Shown: positions 34,571-49,148 of the stretch, piece after piece | How the letters are laid out: each line of letters opens with the position of its first letter | Position numbering within the stretch: position 1 is the first letter of the stretch | Assembly: GCA_043228905.1 (NCBI GenBank) | Contig: JBHGNT010000002.1 | Location: forward strand, 17,856,001 to 17,920,000 | DNA length: 64,000 nt | DNA from: Azolla caroliniana | Lineage: Eukaryota; Plantae; Polypodiophyta | Direction of reading: 5' to 3' | The notes under the pieces: generated by a model | The model's database searches: none | What the model saw: only the letters and a program-made list of their open reading frames with translations | Told to the model about the DNA's origin: nothing | Made by a program: the position numbers and the translations under genes

Positions 34571-37500
34571 TGAATATCAACCAAGAGCAAGTCACCCTCT
34601 CTGAGTGTGACATATAGTGGGTACAGAGAATGTACTTTTGTACCTTGAGCAAGTAGGAGGTTTCCTCTGTGGAGTGTCCACCCTCTTGATGAGAAGCCAA
34701 CACGAATGCCGTCTTCATCTAGTTGTCCGATTGAGATCAATGGCCTTGAGAGCTTAGGTACATGTCGGACCTCGTGCAATACTAATGTAGAGCCACGTGA
34801 AAGGTTGAGCTCTATAGTGCCGATTCCAATTATAGCACAATGCTACAAATTTCTGAGTTGGACTTTGTCGAAATGTCGGGCTGAATATTGCCAAAATTGG
34901 GATCTGTGAAGGGTCACATGGTATGAAGTGCCCGAATCCAGGAGCCAAATGCTTGACTTTTTAGTCATAAGTAGAACTTATGATTCGACAGAGTGTTCGA
35001 TGAACAAAATGTGTTGGTCGTTCGATAATACTTCGGCTAATGAGCCGATGTAGTTGACCTCATGCCAGCCACACTTTTGATTAGCTCATTGGGTTTTATC
35101 ATTCTTAGCTTTGAGGGCGCGACAATCGGCCTTGATGTGTTTGGGTTTCTTGCTATAGTTGCAATTTCGGTTGTCCCGCAACCTACTCCAACTTCGTTGA
35201 TTTATCGGCGGTCAAGAAGAACTTCTCCCACGACTATCCGAACCTTGTACTACGTAGGCGTCATTGGCCGAACCGTTTGCAAACGATTTCCTCCAAGTTT
35301 CTTTAGTTACAATTGCAGTTGTGACTTCGGAGTATTTTACTGCTGTAGTAGATGCATTGCACACAATTGTGAGGAAAGTTTCCCAAGAAGGGGGGAGACT
35401 TCTCATGAGCAACATTGCTCTCAATTCATCTTCCATTGTCGTCCTTTGGGCTGAGATCTGGGAGCTTAGACTCTCGTACTCGTTCAGGTGTGCCTGGACC
35501 GAATTAGATTCTTTTATCCGAAGGTTGTAGATGCGCCGAATCAAATATATCTTTGTGGCGGCGACCTTCTTTTCGTAAGTGTTTGAGAGTGTCTTCCATA
35601 GTTGAAAGGCGGCCGAATACGATTGCACTGTGAAGTACATTGACTCCGACAAGTGCATCCGAATTGTGGTGTGGAGGATTCTGTCCAGCTTCTGCCACTC
35701 ATTCGGCTTGTATCCTTCTGGAGCGTCTTCAGTCTCGATTGGGTCAATTTGGCCCTTGACTATTAGATAGTCATGCATCTGCTCCTTCCAGAAGTTGAAG
35801 TTCGATCCATCAAACTTCCTTAGACTCATTTCTGATGAACCAGATGTTGATGCCATTTGCGTCGGCCTTGGGAAATTATGTCTAGAGTTGGCTACGAATA
35901 GTGGTAGGGTGTAGCCTACTAGCTCACTCAAATTCGTTCTAGCCGGATTTGGACACGAGTTTGCCAATTGAGTTTCTAATGACTATTAGATTGTGAGTTT
36001 GCTCCAGATGGCTACAACAAGTGCAGGGACAAAACCAACAATTGGTCTTCTCGAATATCTCTTAGTCGAATTGAACACAACTATATGCCAAATACGTTTT
36101 GAATACAAATTTTTAGAGGACGATTATAGATTATGTGCCTTCTTTTCAGGTCGATCTTGCTTCGAGTGGCTACGACGATTAGAGGGACAAATTCGTCTAG
36201 TCGAGTGAAGCACAAATGAGGTTGTTCCTAGGGCTGGATCTGCATTGAGTGGTTACAACAAATGAGTGGATAGTGTCTAACTTGGTAAAGCACGATCGAG
36301 GTTGATTTGATAGAGATTCCACTCTGAGGGGCTGCAATAATAGAAGCAAGGTATAACCGACTGCCTTACCTTAAGAGTGGTTTAGCTCAATAGAGTGAAA
36401 ATTTTCATTTGTCTCTCTCTTCTCAAGATTAGAACTTGAGCTCAGGGTCTTTAGGAAGACAGGGGCAAGAATGCTGTTGAAAACAGATGACGGCCAACAC
36501 CGAGTTGAAGAACCTCAAGCTCTAATACCAGATGTTGGAGTCTGAGACCGTCAGTGGGGAAACAAGAACAACATTTTGCTAAGAAGATCACTGAGTTAGC
36601 AAGTGAAGGCAAGATCAAGGAGACAGAGTGAGAGTGAGAGAGATAGAGAATAACACACAATATGTAACTGTATTATTCGAAAGATCAGAGTTACAACAAA
36701 TGGAGGCAACAACCTTATGAGCTAGGTTACAAAGCTCGTTATATACTAATTGGGCTAGGGAAAATGCCCTTTGACATATTTACAGAATTATCCTAAACCT
36801 AGTCTATCCAAGGGACAATGCGAATACGGTCATTAGACACCCGTATTCGACAAAAGTTGAGGATTCACACCCGCCTTTTATAAGGCTCCTTGTCGAGCTT
36901 AGGGGCTCGTCGACTGTTTGACTCGACGAGCTTTCGCTCAACTCCTCCTTTCCTCATTGAGTCTTGCTCGACGTCCTTTCCTCGTTGAGCTTTCGACTCT
37001 ATGACTTTTCCCGACCTTTCCCTCCTGTCGACCTTTTGACTGATCGGACAAGATTATGGTTCAAGAGCAATCAGTGCAATGACCCGAATGGATGGTTAAT
37101 TCATGAATAAGAAATTATCACAAAATCATGGGGAAAACATACACAACTTATGATGCAAAATAGGGTTTATACAACAAATCGGTTTAATACAACGATTTCG
37201 ATGGTTTTTACAAGAATCGGTTACATGATTAAGCAAACATATAAGAAAGAACTAAGAAGGGAAGCTAGAAGAATCTCGTGAAGGCAAGTCAAGTGAACCG
37301 ACGAGACTGCGACTACCACTATTACTCTCACCCCTTGAAGACAATGTAATATTCCCGTGTCACTTCGTCCTCCCTTCAAAGACTGATCACCGAGTCAACC
37401 CATCCTTCCCGAAACCGCTGTGACACATAACGTTCTCCATCATGGAGAAGACAACCAAATCACTGAACAGACCTCCACTAAAATGCCGAAGAAGCCATTC

Positions 37501-38383
37501 ATTGTAGAAGAACCCCAAACCCAACACCTCTCCTACAAGATGAGAGAGAACACCAAAACTCACAACCCTAAAACTCGAACTCACAGAGAACCTCAAACGC
37601 TTATAAGAACCAACCTCACAAACCAAAACTCTCGTAGAAGAAGAACCCTAATCCCTTCCTTTTGAGTGGGCAAGCTCAACCGGATCCGGATCGGCTGAAC
37701 AAGCTAGAGCCGGATCAGAGTTCGGAATGAAGAACCAGATCAGTGTCTGGATGGTATCTAGAACCAGGAGCCGGATTGGATTGTAACCAGTAGGCTGTTA
37801 GAGACCTATGAATCTAGCCTAGTACGTAGGTATATTTTTAGGAATCAACGTCAGTCGCTCGTATGAGCATTGAAGTACTTGTCTGTACTTTTGTCAGTCC
37901 TTTTAAGGACTTGTATAAAAGTACTCACAGAGCACATTGTATGTACAAAGAGTTTTTAGTGTTTTGGAATATACACTGTTTTTATGCTTTGCTCTAACTC
38001 TGTCTCTCTCGTGTAAGGTTTCCATTAAACCCGTGTCTGTATTCTTTTGCTATCCGGACGAGCCGGTTTTGTCTTAGCTTCCACAATCATATTCTTTTAC
38101 ATGGTATCAGAGTGTGAGGGTTGAGAACCTCTGCAACCGACGAGAGATTTTCGAAGACAAACCCTAATACCTGGTAAAGAGCAATAAACAAAGGTTAGAA
38201 TGGACAAAGGATTGGCTAACTCGCTTCCAACGGAGAAGCTCTATACGGCCCAGATCAAAGAAATATGCGACTCACTTGCCGCTATCAACGTAACCGTTGA
38301 GGAAGATGAGATGGTGCAGGTTTGTCTTGGGGGCCTAGCGTCAAAGTTCGAAGCATTCCGGAAGGCAGTCTGTACAAGGGAGA

Positions 38384-41300
38384 TGTCGGCCACGAGTGCA
38401 ATTTGCGGAAACGTGTATGGATCTATGTCAGTTCTAAACAACAAACAATGCAGACAGAAAATAGAATGGCGTGGAGTTACACAGTGCAAGCTCTAATGGA
38501 AAGCTTTATTGCTTCATTCTCTCTCTCTTTCTGAGATAAAATGCATAGAGGCTTCGTCTCTCTGTTACTCGCCATCCACTCATCACTCATTACAATGTTA
38601 GGTATTTGCTTATATACTAAGCCCTAACTTATTAACGAGTTCACACGCGGACGGACACAACTTGAAAGGAGTTGGCCTTTTATGCCAACAAACTCCCCCG
38701 TAAAAGGACTACTCTTTCTTTCATGTACAAGTATTTGGGGTTATCTCCCCTGTAAGCCTAGATTACAAAAATGATCTAAGTTTATATGTTACAAGTCGGT
38801 CGACATGCAACCGAGTTGGCAGATGTATAGGATGTGTCGTTATTGTTCCAATCAGATCTTACCTTCTGCTCCTCGTTCGACTTTCTTCTACTCGGTCGCT
38901 TGTCGTAGCCCCATTTTCTTCCTTAGTGCTTCGAAGAGTAGATTTGGGAGTGGCTTTGTTAGGCAATCGACGATGTTCATCTCGTTGTCAATCTTCCGGA
39001 TTTTAGGTTTCTTCTCGCTCTCTCGCTCCCGGATATGATGATACTGTACCTCAATGTGCTTTGTCTTCACATGGTAGATGGGATTGTTGATGAGTTGTAT
39101 AGCGCTCTGCGAGTTGCAATAGATGGTCGGCGCTAGTCGGTCTATTCGGTTTGCAGTTCCGAAGTCGGCAGACAGTCGGTGCAGCTAGATCGCTTCCTTT
39201 GCTGCTTCCGATGCTATTATGTACTCGGCTTCTATGGTAGATAGAGACATGCATGCACTCTTGAAGTTTCGACCTCCATGATATCGCCCCGCCACCATAG
39301 GTGAAGATGTAGCTTGATGTCGATTTTTGATTATCTGCATTTTCGGCATAGTCGGAATCAGTGTAACCTTTGACTTTGGATGAGGTTGTTAGTCCGAAGT
39401 CAGTTGTGCATCCAGGGTTCCTTTTAGATACCTAAGGATGTGCTTGACGGCCTCCCAGTGCTTCTTTCCTAGGTTTGACATGTACCGGCTGACCACCCCT
39501 ACGACATAGGCTAGGTCGGGTTGGGTCACCACCATTGCGTACATGATACTTCCTACTGCCGATGTGTAGGGTATCTTTCCATTAAGTTCTCTCTCCTTGT
39601 CCATTCTAGGAGAGTCTCTGTCCGATAGTCTGATCGATGTCGGAAGCGGTGTCGGTGTTGGCTTCACATTCTCCATGTTGAAGCACTTCAACACCTTGCG
39701 GATGTATTCGAACTGGGAGAGTCGGAGAGTTTTGGTCGTCCGATTTCACTCTATCCTCATGCCCAGTATGTGTCGGGCTTGTCCGAGTTCCTTCATTGCG
39801 AACTTTGCGTGAAGGATTCGCTTCAGTTTACCGATCTCTGCTTGATTGCTTCATACAATCAACATGTCGTCGACGTATAGGATTAGATAGATCCTTGACT
39901 TGTCAGCCAGTTGCTGAACATACATGCATGGGTCAGGTTCTGTTGTATCCAAGTTGCCGTATGTAGGAGTCAAACTTTTGGTACCACATTCTCAGTGCTT
40001 GTTTTAGGCCATATAGACTTTTCTTTAGTTGACATACGAGGTGACTGTCCTCCCCCATCACCGTGAAGCCTGCCGGTTGAGACATGTATATGTCTTCTTC
40101 TAGATCTCTGTGTAGGAATGCCGTCTTTATGTCCATCTGCTCGAGCTCTAGATCTTCTGTCGCCACAACTCCTAGTAGGAGTCGGAGGGTGGTCATCTTG
40201 ACTACTAGTGAGAATATCTTGTCGTAGTCGACCCCATATTCTTGTTTGAATCCTTTCACGACAAGCCGAGCTTTGTACTTGGGTTTCCCTGAGTCGGATG
40301 CATACTTGTATCGAAAAACCCATTTGCAAGGTAGCGACTTCCTTCCAGCTGGTAGTTCGACCAACTCCCATGTCTGATTCTGATGAATCGAGTCCATTTC
40401 GGATTTCATGGCTTGCTTGTAGCCATGTTTCGGCATCCGGTGCGGCCATAGGTTCTTCATAGGTGCTTGGTTCGCCTGCATCCATGTAGTTGACGTAGTC
40501 GAGGCCCGGTTGATAAAACTCTGTTGGCCTTCGAGCTCGTCCAGATCTCCTGTGTGCCGTAAAATCTGGTTTGGATTCTTCGATCGATTTCGATTGACGA
40601 TCGGTATTTGTTGAACCAATTGTGTCAGGAGTCTTGTTAGGTGTCCCACCCCCGGTTTGGGATTTCGGCGGTGTCTAGTTGTCCTCCCCTATGGTTGTTG
40701 TCGACTCTTTTCTGACTTGTCTCTTGGTGACTTTGCCTTTATCGATCCTAGTCGATTTGGCTATGTCTTTAATGACTTTGTCTTTGAGTTTGACGATAGG
40801 AATTGTTGCCGATTCGGTGTCGGCAGGGAAGTTGGCAACTTGTTGGAGTTTGACTGTTTGTTGAGTTTCCGATTCGGCCCGATGGGTTGGTCCTTCTGCA
40901 ACAGTGTTTTCATCTTCGAAGGATACCTTCTTACCAACTGTTTTCTGTTGGTTCCGTTGAGAGAAGATAGAGTCTTCATTGAAGACTACGTCGCTGCTTC
41001 GGATCAATTTCCGGTTCTCAAGGTCCCATAGCTGGTAGCCGAAGTCCCCATCGGTTCCATAACCGAGAAATATGCACTTTGTTGCATGGGGTGCCAACTT
41101 CGTCCTTTTGTCCCTGGGGATGAATGCGTAGGCTTCGCATCTGAATATACGGAGCCTATCGTAGGTTGGTTGTTTGCCTGACCACGGTGCATGTGGCACT
41201 TCGAGCCTGATTGATCTTGACGGCACCAGATTTATCAGGTACACTGCTGTCTGCAATGCCTCGACCCAGAATTCCAGCTTCAGTCCGGCTTGCTGGAGCA

Positions 41301-44300
41301 TTGATGTCACCCTCTCGTAGATCGTCATGATGATCTGTTCTGCCACTCCATTCTGCATGGGTGTGTAGGGAACGGTCTTTTGGTGTTGGATCCCTTTTCC
41401 GGATAGGTATTGTTTGAAGGCTCTAGAGGTGTACTCACCTCCGTTGTTGAATTGGAGTGTCTTCACTTTGTATCCCGACCGGTTCTCCACTTCAGATATC
41501 CATCGAGTGAAGACCTTGAGCACTTCATCTTTGGACTTGATGGAGTATGCCCAAACTTTCCATGTACAATCATCTACGAATGTGATGAAGTACCGGGAGC
41601 CTCCTCGTGATCGTTCTAGAATGGGCCCACATATGTCTGTGTGCACGAGCTCTAGGAGTTGTCGTATTGTCTCGTAGTGGAGAGAGTGCGGACTTCAGGT
41701 CTCTTTCCCATATCGACAATGCTCGCAGAAGTTCTTCTTTGCCTGGAGTTTCAGGATGTAGCCAACCGACATTAGCTGATCAAGTCCGGCTTGAGACATG
41801 TGGCCAAGTAGGCCATGCGATAAGTTCGGGTCGGTTTTCTTGGCTATGTTCACGGCCCCTTCAGGGTTGATCGCCATCAATGGGTATAGATTATTATACT
41901 TGTGCCCATTGCCGATTTTGAGGTTTCCTTGGGTGATCACCCATGTCGACTCGTGTACAGTCGTTTGATACCCGTCTTCGGCTAACATGCCAATGGAGAT
42001 CAGATTCCTCTTTAGATCGGGTATGTGCCAAACTCGGTGCAGGGTTATTGTGTTGCCATTTGGCAATCTGATGGTAACCTCCCCGGTTCCGACTAACTTG
42101 CTCTCCTGCCCGTTTCCCAGTCGGACTGCGCCGCTGGCATCAGCTGAATAGTTCGAGAACCATTCAATGTTGGGGGTCACGTGAAATGTGGCGCCAGAGT
42201 CTAGTAGACACGTGTGTGCAACTTGTGCACTATAGAGGACTTCTCCGATCATTGAGTCCTCTAAGGAGAGGATTTCTTCAGATCTGGTGTCGGCAACGTT
42301 CATTTGGTTGCCGACTGGAGAGTGGTCCAAGTCGGAACGTCCCTGATTCCGTTCGGATCGCCGACCACTCTCTTTCCGTTTTAATGACCAACACTTGGAA
42401 ACATTGTGGCCAGCTTTCCTATAGTGTGTGCAATACTCCGTTGATCGGCCCATTTTCGACTTCAACCATTGTCAGTCTCCCCTTGTTTTCGATCGACTGT
42501 AGCGTTGACCGGTTTTGTCAACTTGTTCTTTCGTTCGACTCTATTGTCGAACGACTCGGTCGAGTGATGGGCTTCTCCCGACTCATCGATGGTTAGTCCC
42601 ATCGATTTTCGCCTGATGTCCTCTGTGAGGACTTGGCCAATTGTTTCGTCCAAGTTTAGGATTGGTTGACTATAGGCGTATGTTGTGCAGAATACCTCCC
42701 AACTCGCCGGCAAGCTTGATAGGAGGGCAAGGCCTTTCACTTCTTCTTCGAAGTTGATCCCTTGTGATGAGAGGTCAAACAACACTCGGCTGAAGGGGTT
42801 GATGTGGGAGGTCGCCGGACCAGTCTTTTTCATCTTCATATTGAACAGTTGTTTGATCAAAATTAATTTTGAAGACGAGGACTTCTTCTCATAAATGGCC
42901 TGTAGTTTCTCCCACAATGAGAAAGTTGTCGTCTCTTTCGCCATGCTGAAGTAGACATTTTCAGCTAGGTGCATTCGGATGGTGGATTGTGCTATTTCGT
43001 CCACTAATCTCCACTCTTCTACTGTCATCGAAGCAGGCTTTTCGTTGTGCCGAATGGCTTCAACCTTTATTCGGATGATCAATGTTGGGAGACAGGTCCC
43101 TCCGGATGGGAAGGGAGAAGAACAGTGCTGATGAACAAACTCGGCCTCGGCCGATAGGCCTCGGCCGAAACCGGATGAGGAGTACCCGGCTACGGAGAGC
43201 CGGATGGTGCAAACCCAGTGAGAACTGGATGAGGAGTACCCGGCTATGGAGAGCCGGATGGTGCAGACCCGGTGAGAACCGGATGAGGAGTACCCAGCTA
43301 TGGAGAGCCGGATGGTGCAGACCCGGTGAGAACCGAATGAGGAGTGCCCGGCTACGGAGAGCCGGATGGTGCAGACCCGGTGAGAACCGGATGAGGAGTG
43401 CCCGGCTACGGAGAGCCGGATGGTGCAGACCCGGTGAGGAGTGCTCACCGGATGAAGAGACATATTCGTAAATATGTTTCTGAGAGTCCATCATGGCTAT
43501 ATTTGTAAATAGCCGAAAAGTCATATTAGTATAAATATGACTTAGGGCAAACTTTTAGTTGTTGTTGTCATTCTTGTTGGTGCAAGGAGAGAGAGAGCGC
43601 GTAACTATGTACAGAGAGAGAGAGAGAGAAAGAGGTCGTTGCCTCTGTTGTAACCGCCGCCTGTGGCGAGGATCAAGAGCACGAGGTCGTTGCCTTCGTG
43701 AACTCACTGTTGTACATTCTAACATAGCGATAGTTTGCAGCCTGTGGGCTGCCGTGGTTTTTTTCCTTTGTTTGGGTTTTCCACGTAAACATCCTGCGTA
43801 CTCTTCTCTTCTTCGTGACGTGCTTTATTTCCCGTTTTCTGTGTATGATTCTAAGCTTGGTTGTGGCCGAGCGTTGCGTATAGGGAGCGTGCAGTTCCCG
43901 TCAATCAACACATCCTGCATCATCTCCTTCCATAGGGAATTTTTTTTGCCGTTGAACTTTCTGATTTGAACTCCTGTTCTGGATGTTGAAGCCATAGTCC
44001 TTTTATGAAAGTAAGATTTCTAACTTGGCCTGTCCCTCTCAGCTTCTTCTGTTGTCTGTTGCTGCCATGCAGCAAGGTCGCTCTAATACTAGTTGTCGGT
44101 CACGAGTGCGATTTGTGGAAACGTGTATGGATCTGTGTTGGTTTTGAACAGCAAACAACACAGACAGAAAATAGAATGGCGTGGACTTACATAGTGCAAG
44201 CTCTAATGGAAAACTTTATTGCTTCATTCTCTTTCTCTCTCTGAGATACAATGCACAGAGGCTTTGTCTCTCTGTTACTCGTCATCCACTCATCACTCAT

Positions 44301-44400
44301 TACAATGTTAGGTATTCATTTATATACTAAGCCCTAACTTATTAACGAGTTCACAGTCGGACGGATACAACTCGGAAGGAGTTGGCCTTTTATGCCAACA
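38384..44400 (-). mobile_element. Full-length degenerate Ty1/Copia element C
   Basis: 307-bp LTRs at 38384-38690 and 44094-44400, TSD GGAGA / AGAGA, mutated Met PBS, PPT. Minus-strand ORFs give gag, LLDSG, HTDICGP integrase, YKARLVVKG RT and KHIEV RNase H. Confidence 0.93.
43083..43903 (+). mobile_element. Solo LTR, family B copy 2, inserted in gag of element C
   Basis: TG..CA ends, perfect TSD ATCAA, 54-bp tandem repeats. Confidence 0.95.
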
Positions 44401-45489
44401 AGAGAATGCGCCCTCGTTTTTCGACCTATAGCCGATGCTCCTAATAGAGGAGAACCACGCAGGTGCGTCAATGAGCACACACGACGATAGTAAGATGCTG
44501 TATGCGGAGGCGGATTGGTCCCATGGTCGTAGTGGACGAGGCGGATTGGCACACGGTGGAAGCGGCCGACAAGATCAGAGTCGAAGGCACAAAGATGGCG
44601 TCGACAACAATTCTGGACGCTTCGAAAATAGGGGGAGTTAAAGTGGCGCTGGAAACCGGCAAGAGAAGACCGCAACAGAATGTTGGTATTGTGGCCAGAA
44701 GGGACACGGAGAGAGCGAGTGTTGGAAAAAGCGTGCCGATTCGAACAAGTCCAGATCTGGGAAGGCCGGACGTGGAAGCCGGCAAAGCTTGATCGGGCCT
44801 AGGTTTTGTGATGAAACACGAGGTAATTCGATGAGGACAAGCACCTCGAAACCAAATGAGTTATGGTATGTTGATTCCGGAGCGTCAAACCATATGACAA
44901 GCCACGCGGAATGGTTTTCTTACCTAGAGAAACAAGAACAACTGGGGGTCGTCGAAACCGGTGACGACACCCCACATACCATCGAGCATGTCGGTGAAGT
45001 TCCCTCAGCCATATTTTATGTTAGACAGAAGGGAAAGCTGATGAATGTCCAACACGTCCCGACAATCACGAAGAATCTGATGGCAGTTGGACAGATTGTC
45101 GACCAAGGGATGCAGGTTCAGTTCATGCACCTCGGGTGCTTCATCGAAGAAGAGGGCAAAGTCATCGAGCAAGGGCATCGAGATGGGAAGATGTTTATCC
45201 TTGAAACGAATGATGCTGACCCCACTATGTTTGGAGAAGGACAGAAAGTCGAGTTAGACATCGACCTGTGGCACAAGCGGATCGACCACATCAACTTCCG
45301 GAAGCTTCACGAGCTGGAGTTGAAACACGTGGTTTCCGGACTGCCAAAGTTCAATGGACAGAGAGGCCAAATTTGTGAAGCGTGCCAGCTCGGGAAACAA
45401 CATAGGCTTCCATTCCCCAAGGAGACGAATCAGAGCCAAAATCGGCTTGATCTTATCCACTCACATGTGTGGGGACTGGCATAGAACAT

Positions 45490-48400
45490 TGTCGTGAAGA
45501 TCCATCACTACGTGCGGATTGTGAGGCGGAACCACCGGGGTTCTGGACCGGAAGGATTTGAAGTTTGCACAAGCTTTAGCGAGAAAGTATTTAAGATAGA
45601 TTGAAAGAGAGAGAGAGAGTGAGATAAGATAGAACACTTGACTTTAGATTTGAAGAACAAGATTGATACATCAATTGGATAACGAATTTCTTACTTTTAA
45701 TTTATTGATTAATACATAGCTCGCTAAAGCTTGTGCAAACTTCGAATCCTTCCGGTCCAGAATCCCGGCGGTTCCGCCTCACGATCCACACGTAGTGACA
45801 AATCTTCACGAAATAATTAAGTGGTGAACCCGACGTGAAAGAGGTGGCAGGAAGGATCAACCGATACTTGGAAATGGCATCCTCAAGCAACCAAGCAGGA
45901 GAGTTCGAAAGGCTGATGCTGATCGTCGAACAAATGATGAGATCTCGAGACAACGATGCGAGCGTGGAGAAGGCTGTCGACTGTGTCGTTGAGCTCGAGG
46001 GTGAATTTGACAGAAGGAACATTACGAAGTTCCTTGATGCATATAGAAGGGAGATGAATCAAAGGGACATGTCTGAAGCACGTTAAATCGCAAGCTTCAA
46101 GAGAGTTGTTGCTAACAACATCCAAATACGTGTCATCGAGCTTCAAGAAGGGAAGACAACGTGGTCGGAGTTCGAGAAAGCGATATTAGCGGAGTTCGCG
46201 ACGGAAGATTTGTCGAGGATGACTCGACATGCCTTGATGAAGTGATAAAGAAGAAAAATAAGAAGATGAGCGCCTCGAGGGTGTACGAAGAATTTGACCA
46301 AATGTTTCGTCATCTCCCCGCCACAGACCAAGTGCTACTTGAGGAGGACAAAACTTTGTACTTCCTAAAGGCTGTGGATATGAAGGATAGACGAGAACTG
46401 GGTACTCTCCTTGAAGATGATACCCAAGAGAACGGGCTTGTGGCAGACTGGGTTGCGGTGAAGCAAGCATGCAACAAGATTGACAGGCGTCATCGATGGC
46501 TTGATGATATTGACTTGGTAAGACCAAGCTTAGAAAAATCAAAACCATCTAAAGAAGTCGAGATGCCTAAACAACGCATCCAACATGAAAAGAAGATTGA
46601 TGATGACTCGAGGACGATGATGGCCATTTCAAAGGAGGTCGAATGTTTCGGAACATGCATCGTGTTCAAAACAACGGATGATGGAACAAGCCAAATCGAA
46701 GTTTGCATCAATGGAGATAAATAGTGCGAGGCTAGTGTAATTGAGGATCTAGCCGCTAAAGACGACATCGAGGAGGTGACTATGAACAAGATAACAAGCG
46801 TCGACAACGACCATGGCCAGATTTTCTCCACACATGCTCCAAAGACCTGGGCAGTTGTGTCCAAGAACCAACGTGAGACCCAAGTGATGGAAGGTGTCGG
46901 CGAGGAGCCGATGGTCAAAACGAATACATGCGACAAAAAGAGAAGGATAATCGAAGCTTGCTCGATCAAGAAGGTCAATGGGTACGAGGCCCATGAGATT
47001 GAAGAGATAGCCATAAGAAATGACATCAAGTCAGAGGTGGCTATGAAAGAATTAATGGTAGATGGTCACATTGAGGATTCCTCCACACTTGGTTCAGAGA
47101 CTTGGGCAATTGCGTCCGAGAACCGATGTAAGACCCAAGAGACGGGAGGTGATGACGAAGAACTAAAGGTCGAAACTAATACTTGTGGCGAAGAGAGAAA
47201 CATAATAAAGGATTGCTCAATAGAAAGGATCGATGGATATGAGGCCCATGAGTTTGAAGGAATAGCTATGGAAAATGACGTTAAGGCGAAGATGGTGAAT
47301 GTCCATGAAGAGCTTTTCCCCGCACTAGTTCTAGAGACTTGGGCCTTAATCGATGTAAGACCCAAGAGGCAGAAGCTAGCGGCGAGGAAGCAAAGGTCAA
47401 TGCTGATTCGAGCAACTTTAAGATGGAAATGGCTAAGTGCATCACGAAAAAGGCGAACGATGGAAATGTATGGGTCCCTCCACACTCGTTCTAGAGACTT
47501 GGGCATTAACTGATGTAAGAACCAAGAGAAGGATAGTGATGGGGAAGAAGCAAGGGTTAAAGCTGATATGTGCAACAAAGAGTTTGAGCAAAATATGACA
47601 AGGGATGGCGATGGCCAAGCAAGCCATGAGGATCCGAAGGATGTGATCAAAACATCTATCAAAGACACTACTGTGAATGAGTCAAAGTGCCTTGAGCAAG
47701 GAGACGATCGAGACGAAGGTGGAACATTCATGAGACTTAAACGATTATCCTCAAGAAGAGAGCAAGGGGCCATGACAACAAGTCATGGTAAAACAAAGAA
47801 AAAAGAATGATATAGTGGATTGGGTGGCAACAATGATTCGAGTACAAAGAAACAGACATGCTGATAACCATTGACGAAATCTCACATTCTCTCTTCTTGG
47901 CACGTACTGGAGGACGTGCGGTTTGGCAATAGATCAAACTATAATGATAGGAAATCCATTTCTAAGGAAATGATATAGCCTGGTGGTAAGTTTATTGCCT
48001 CCTATCTTGGAGGTGCAAGGTTCAAGTCTTTCTTACATCCCTTTTAAAGCACAAAATACTATTAGCCTTTGGACTAAATATCTTTAAAACACCATGCACC
48101 GCGATCAACCGATTTGCATCTGTTCGGTTTGGCCTGGTTCAATCCGCATCCTGAGCCGGTTCGGTCCGCATCCCGAGGTCGCCGGATGCCGGTCACCGAT
48201 TCCGTCGCTGGTTGCCGCCGGTTTTGGTTGACCAAATCCTTTAGAAGGTGCTAAGCCACACTCAATCATCCAATTAGCTTAGTTCAAGTGAGCTTGAACA
48301 CTCTATGCTCCACACATAGACACAAAGATAATAGCTTTTCCTCTGCGTTATATATGGTGAGATCCTTATTTGTCCTGTCTATGTGGGATATCTCACAATT

Positions 48401-48631
48401 TTATATTTCTCTTTTCTTTTGCAAACTTCCTACCCACATAACTTGAGACTTAGATGTCTGTTTCTTATGTAGTAAAGTGCATTCGAAAGCTCTTGAAGAC
48501 CTCCATATTTTTGTACTAAGATATTAAACTTATTTAAAATAGTATTTTCACTATTATTGTTTTATATGATTCATACTCGATTTCGTATGTTTTATGCGAT
48601 TTTCACACCATTGCCGAAAATCTTCACGACA
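45490..48631 (+). mobile_element. Rearranged or non-autonomous Gypsy-type element F (tRNA-Trp PBS, gag-like ORF, no pol)
   Basis: 12-bp terminal inverted repeats TGTCGTGAAGAT / ATCTTCACGACA and a 4-bp TSD ACAT / ACGT that restores the host frame. gag-like EFDRRNITKFLDAY..EM from ATG 45874. Confidence 0.8.
45822..45839 (+). promoter_or_regulatory. Primer binding site complementary to plant tRNA-Trp
   Basis: TGGTGAACCCGACGTGAA is the reverse complement of the plant tRNA-Trp 3' end (TTCACGTCGGGTTCACCA). Confidence 0.85.
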
Positions 48632-49148
48632 ACGTGAGCATTGGCAGGAGTCGGTATTTCTTCTCCTTCATCGACAATTTCACCCGGCACACCTATTTCT
48701 ATCTAATAGAGAAAAAAACAAAGTCTTCTCGTGTTTCCGAGATTTGACGAACCTTGTCGAATGTGAGACCAGAAGAGAGATCAAGTGTTTGAGATCGGAT
48801 GGTGGAAAAGAGTACTTTTCCGGCCAGATCATGAGCTATCTGCACACGAAGGGAATCCTACAGGAATTCTCTTGCAGACACACGTCAGAGAAGAACGGCA
48901 TGGCTGAGTGTCGAAACAGGATGTTGGTAGAAGCAGCCAAGGCAATGCTCAAGGAGAAGCACATGCCGAAATTTTATTAGACTGAAGCAATCCGGATGTC
49001 TGTTTACATGCAGAATCAGATATCTGCCTCAGGGACAAAGGTGTCACCGCATGAATTGTATTTCGGGCGAAAGCTGAATTTGGCACTCCTTCGGGTGTTC
49101 GGTAGCATTGCATATATGCATGTACCGAACGAAAAATGGAGGAAGTTA

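Larger units (their letters stand above)
31719..36852 (-). mobile_element. Degenerate Ty1/Copia element A (gag, protease, RNase H end; IN and RT deleted) carrying nested LTRs
   Basis: Related LTRs at ~31719-32060 and 36533-36852, Met-type PBS TGGTATTAGAGC (~36519-36530), PPT 32061-32067, gag ORF 35212-35967 (KFDGSNFNFWK), WLLDSG near 34940, KHIHVRYHFVR near 32350. TSDs do not match. Confidence 0.8.

Noticed and set aside
36853-37660. Additional LTR or retroelement fragments
   Set aside because: Probably transposon-derived, but no termini, TSD or protein domain could be defined.
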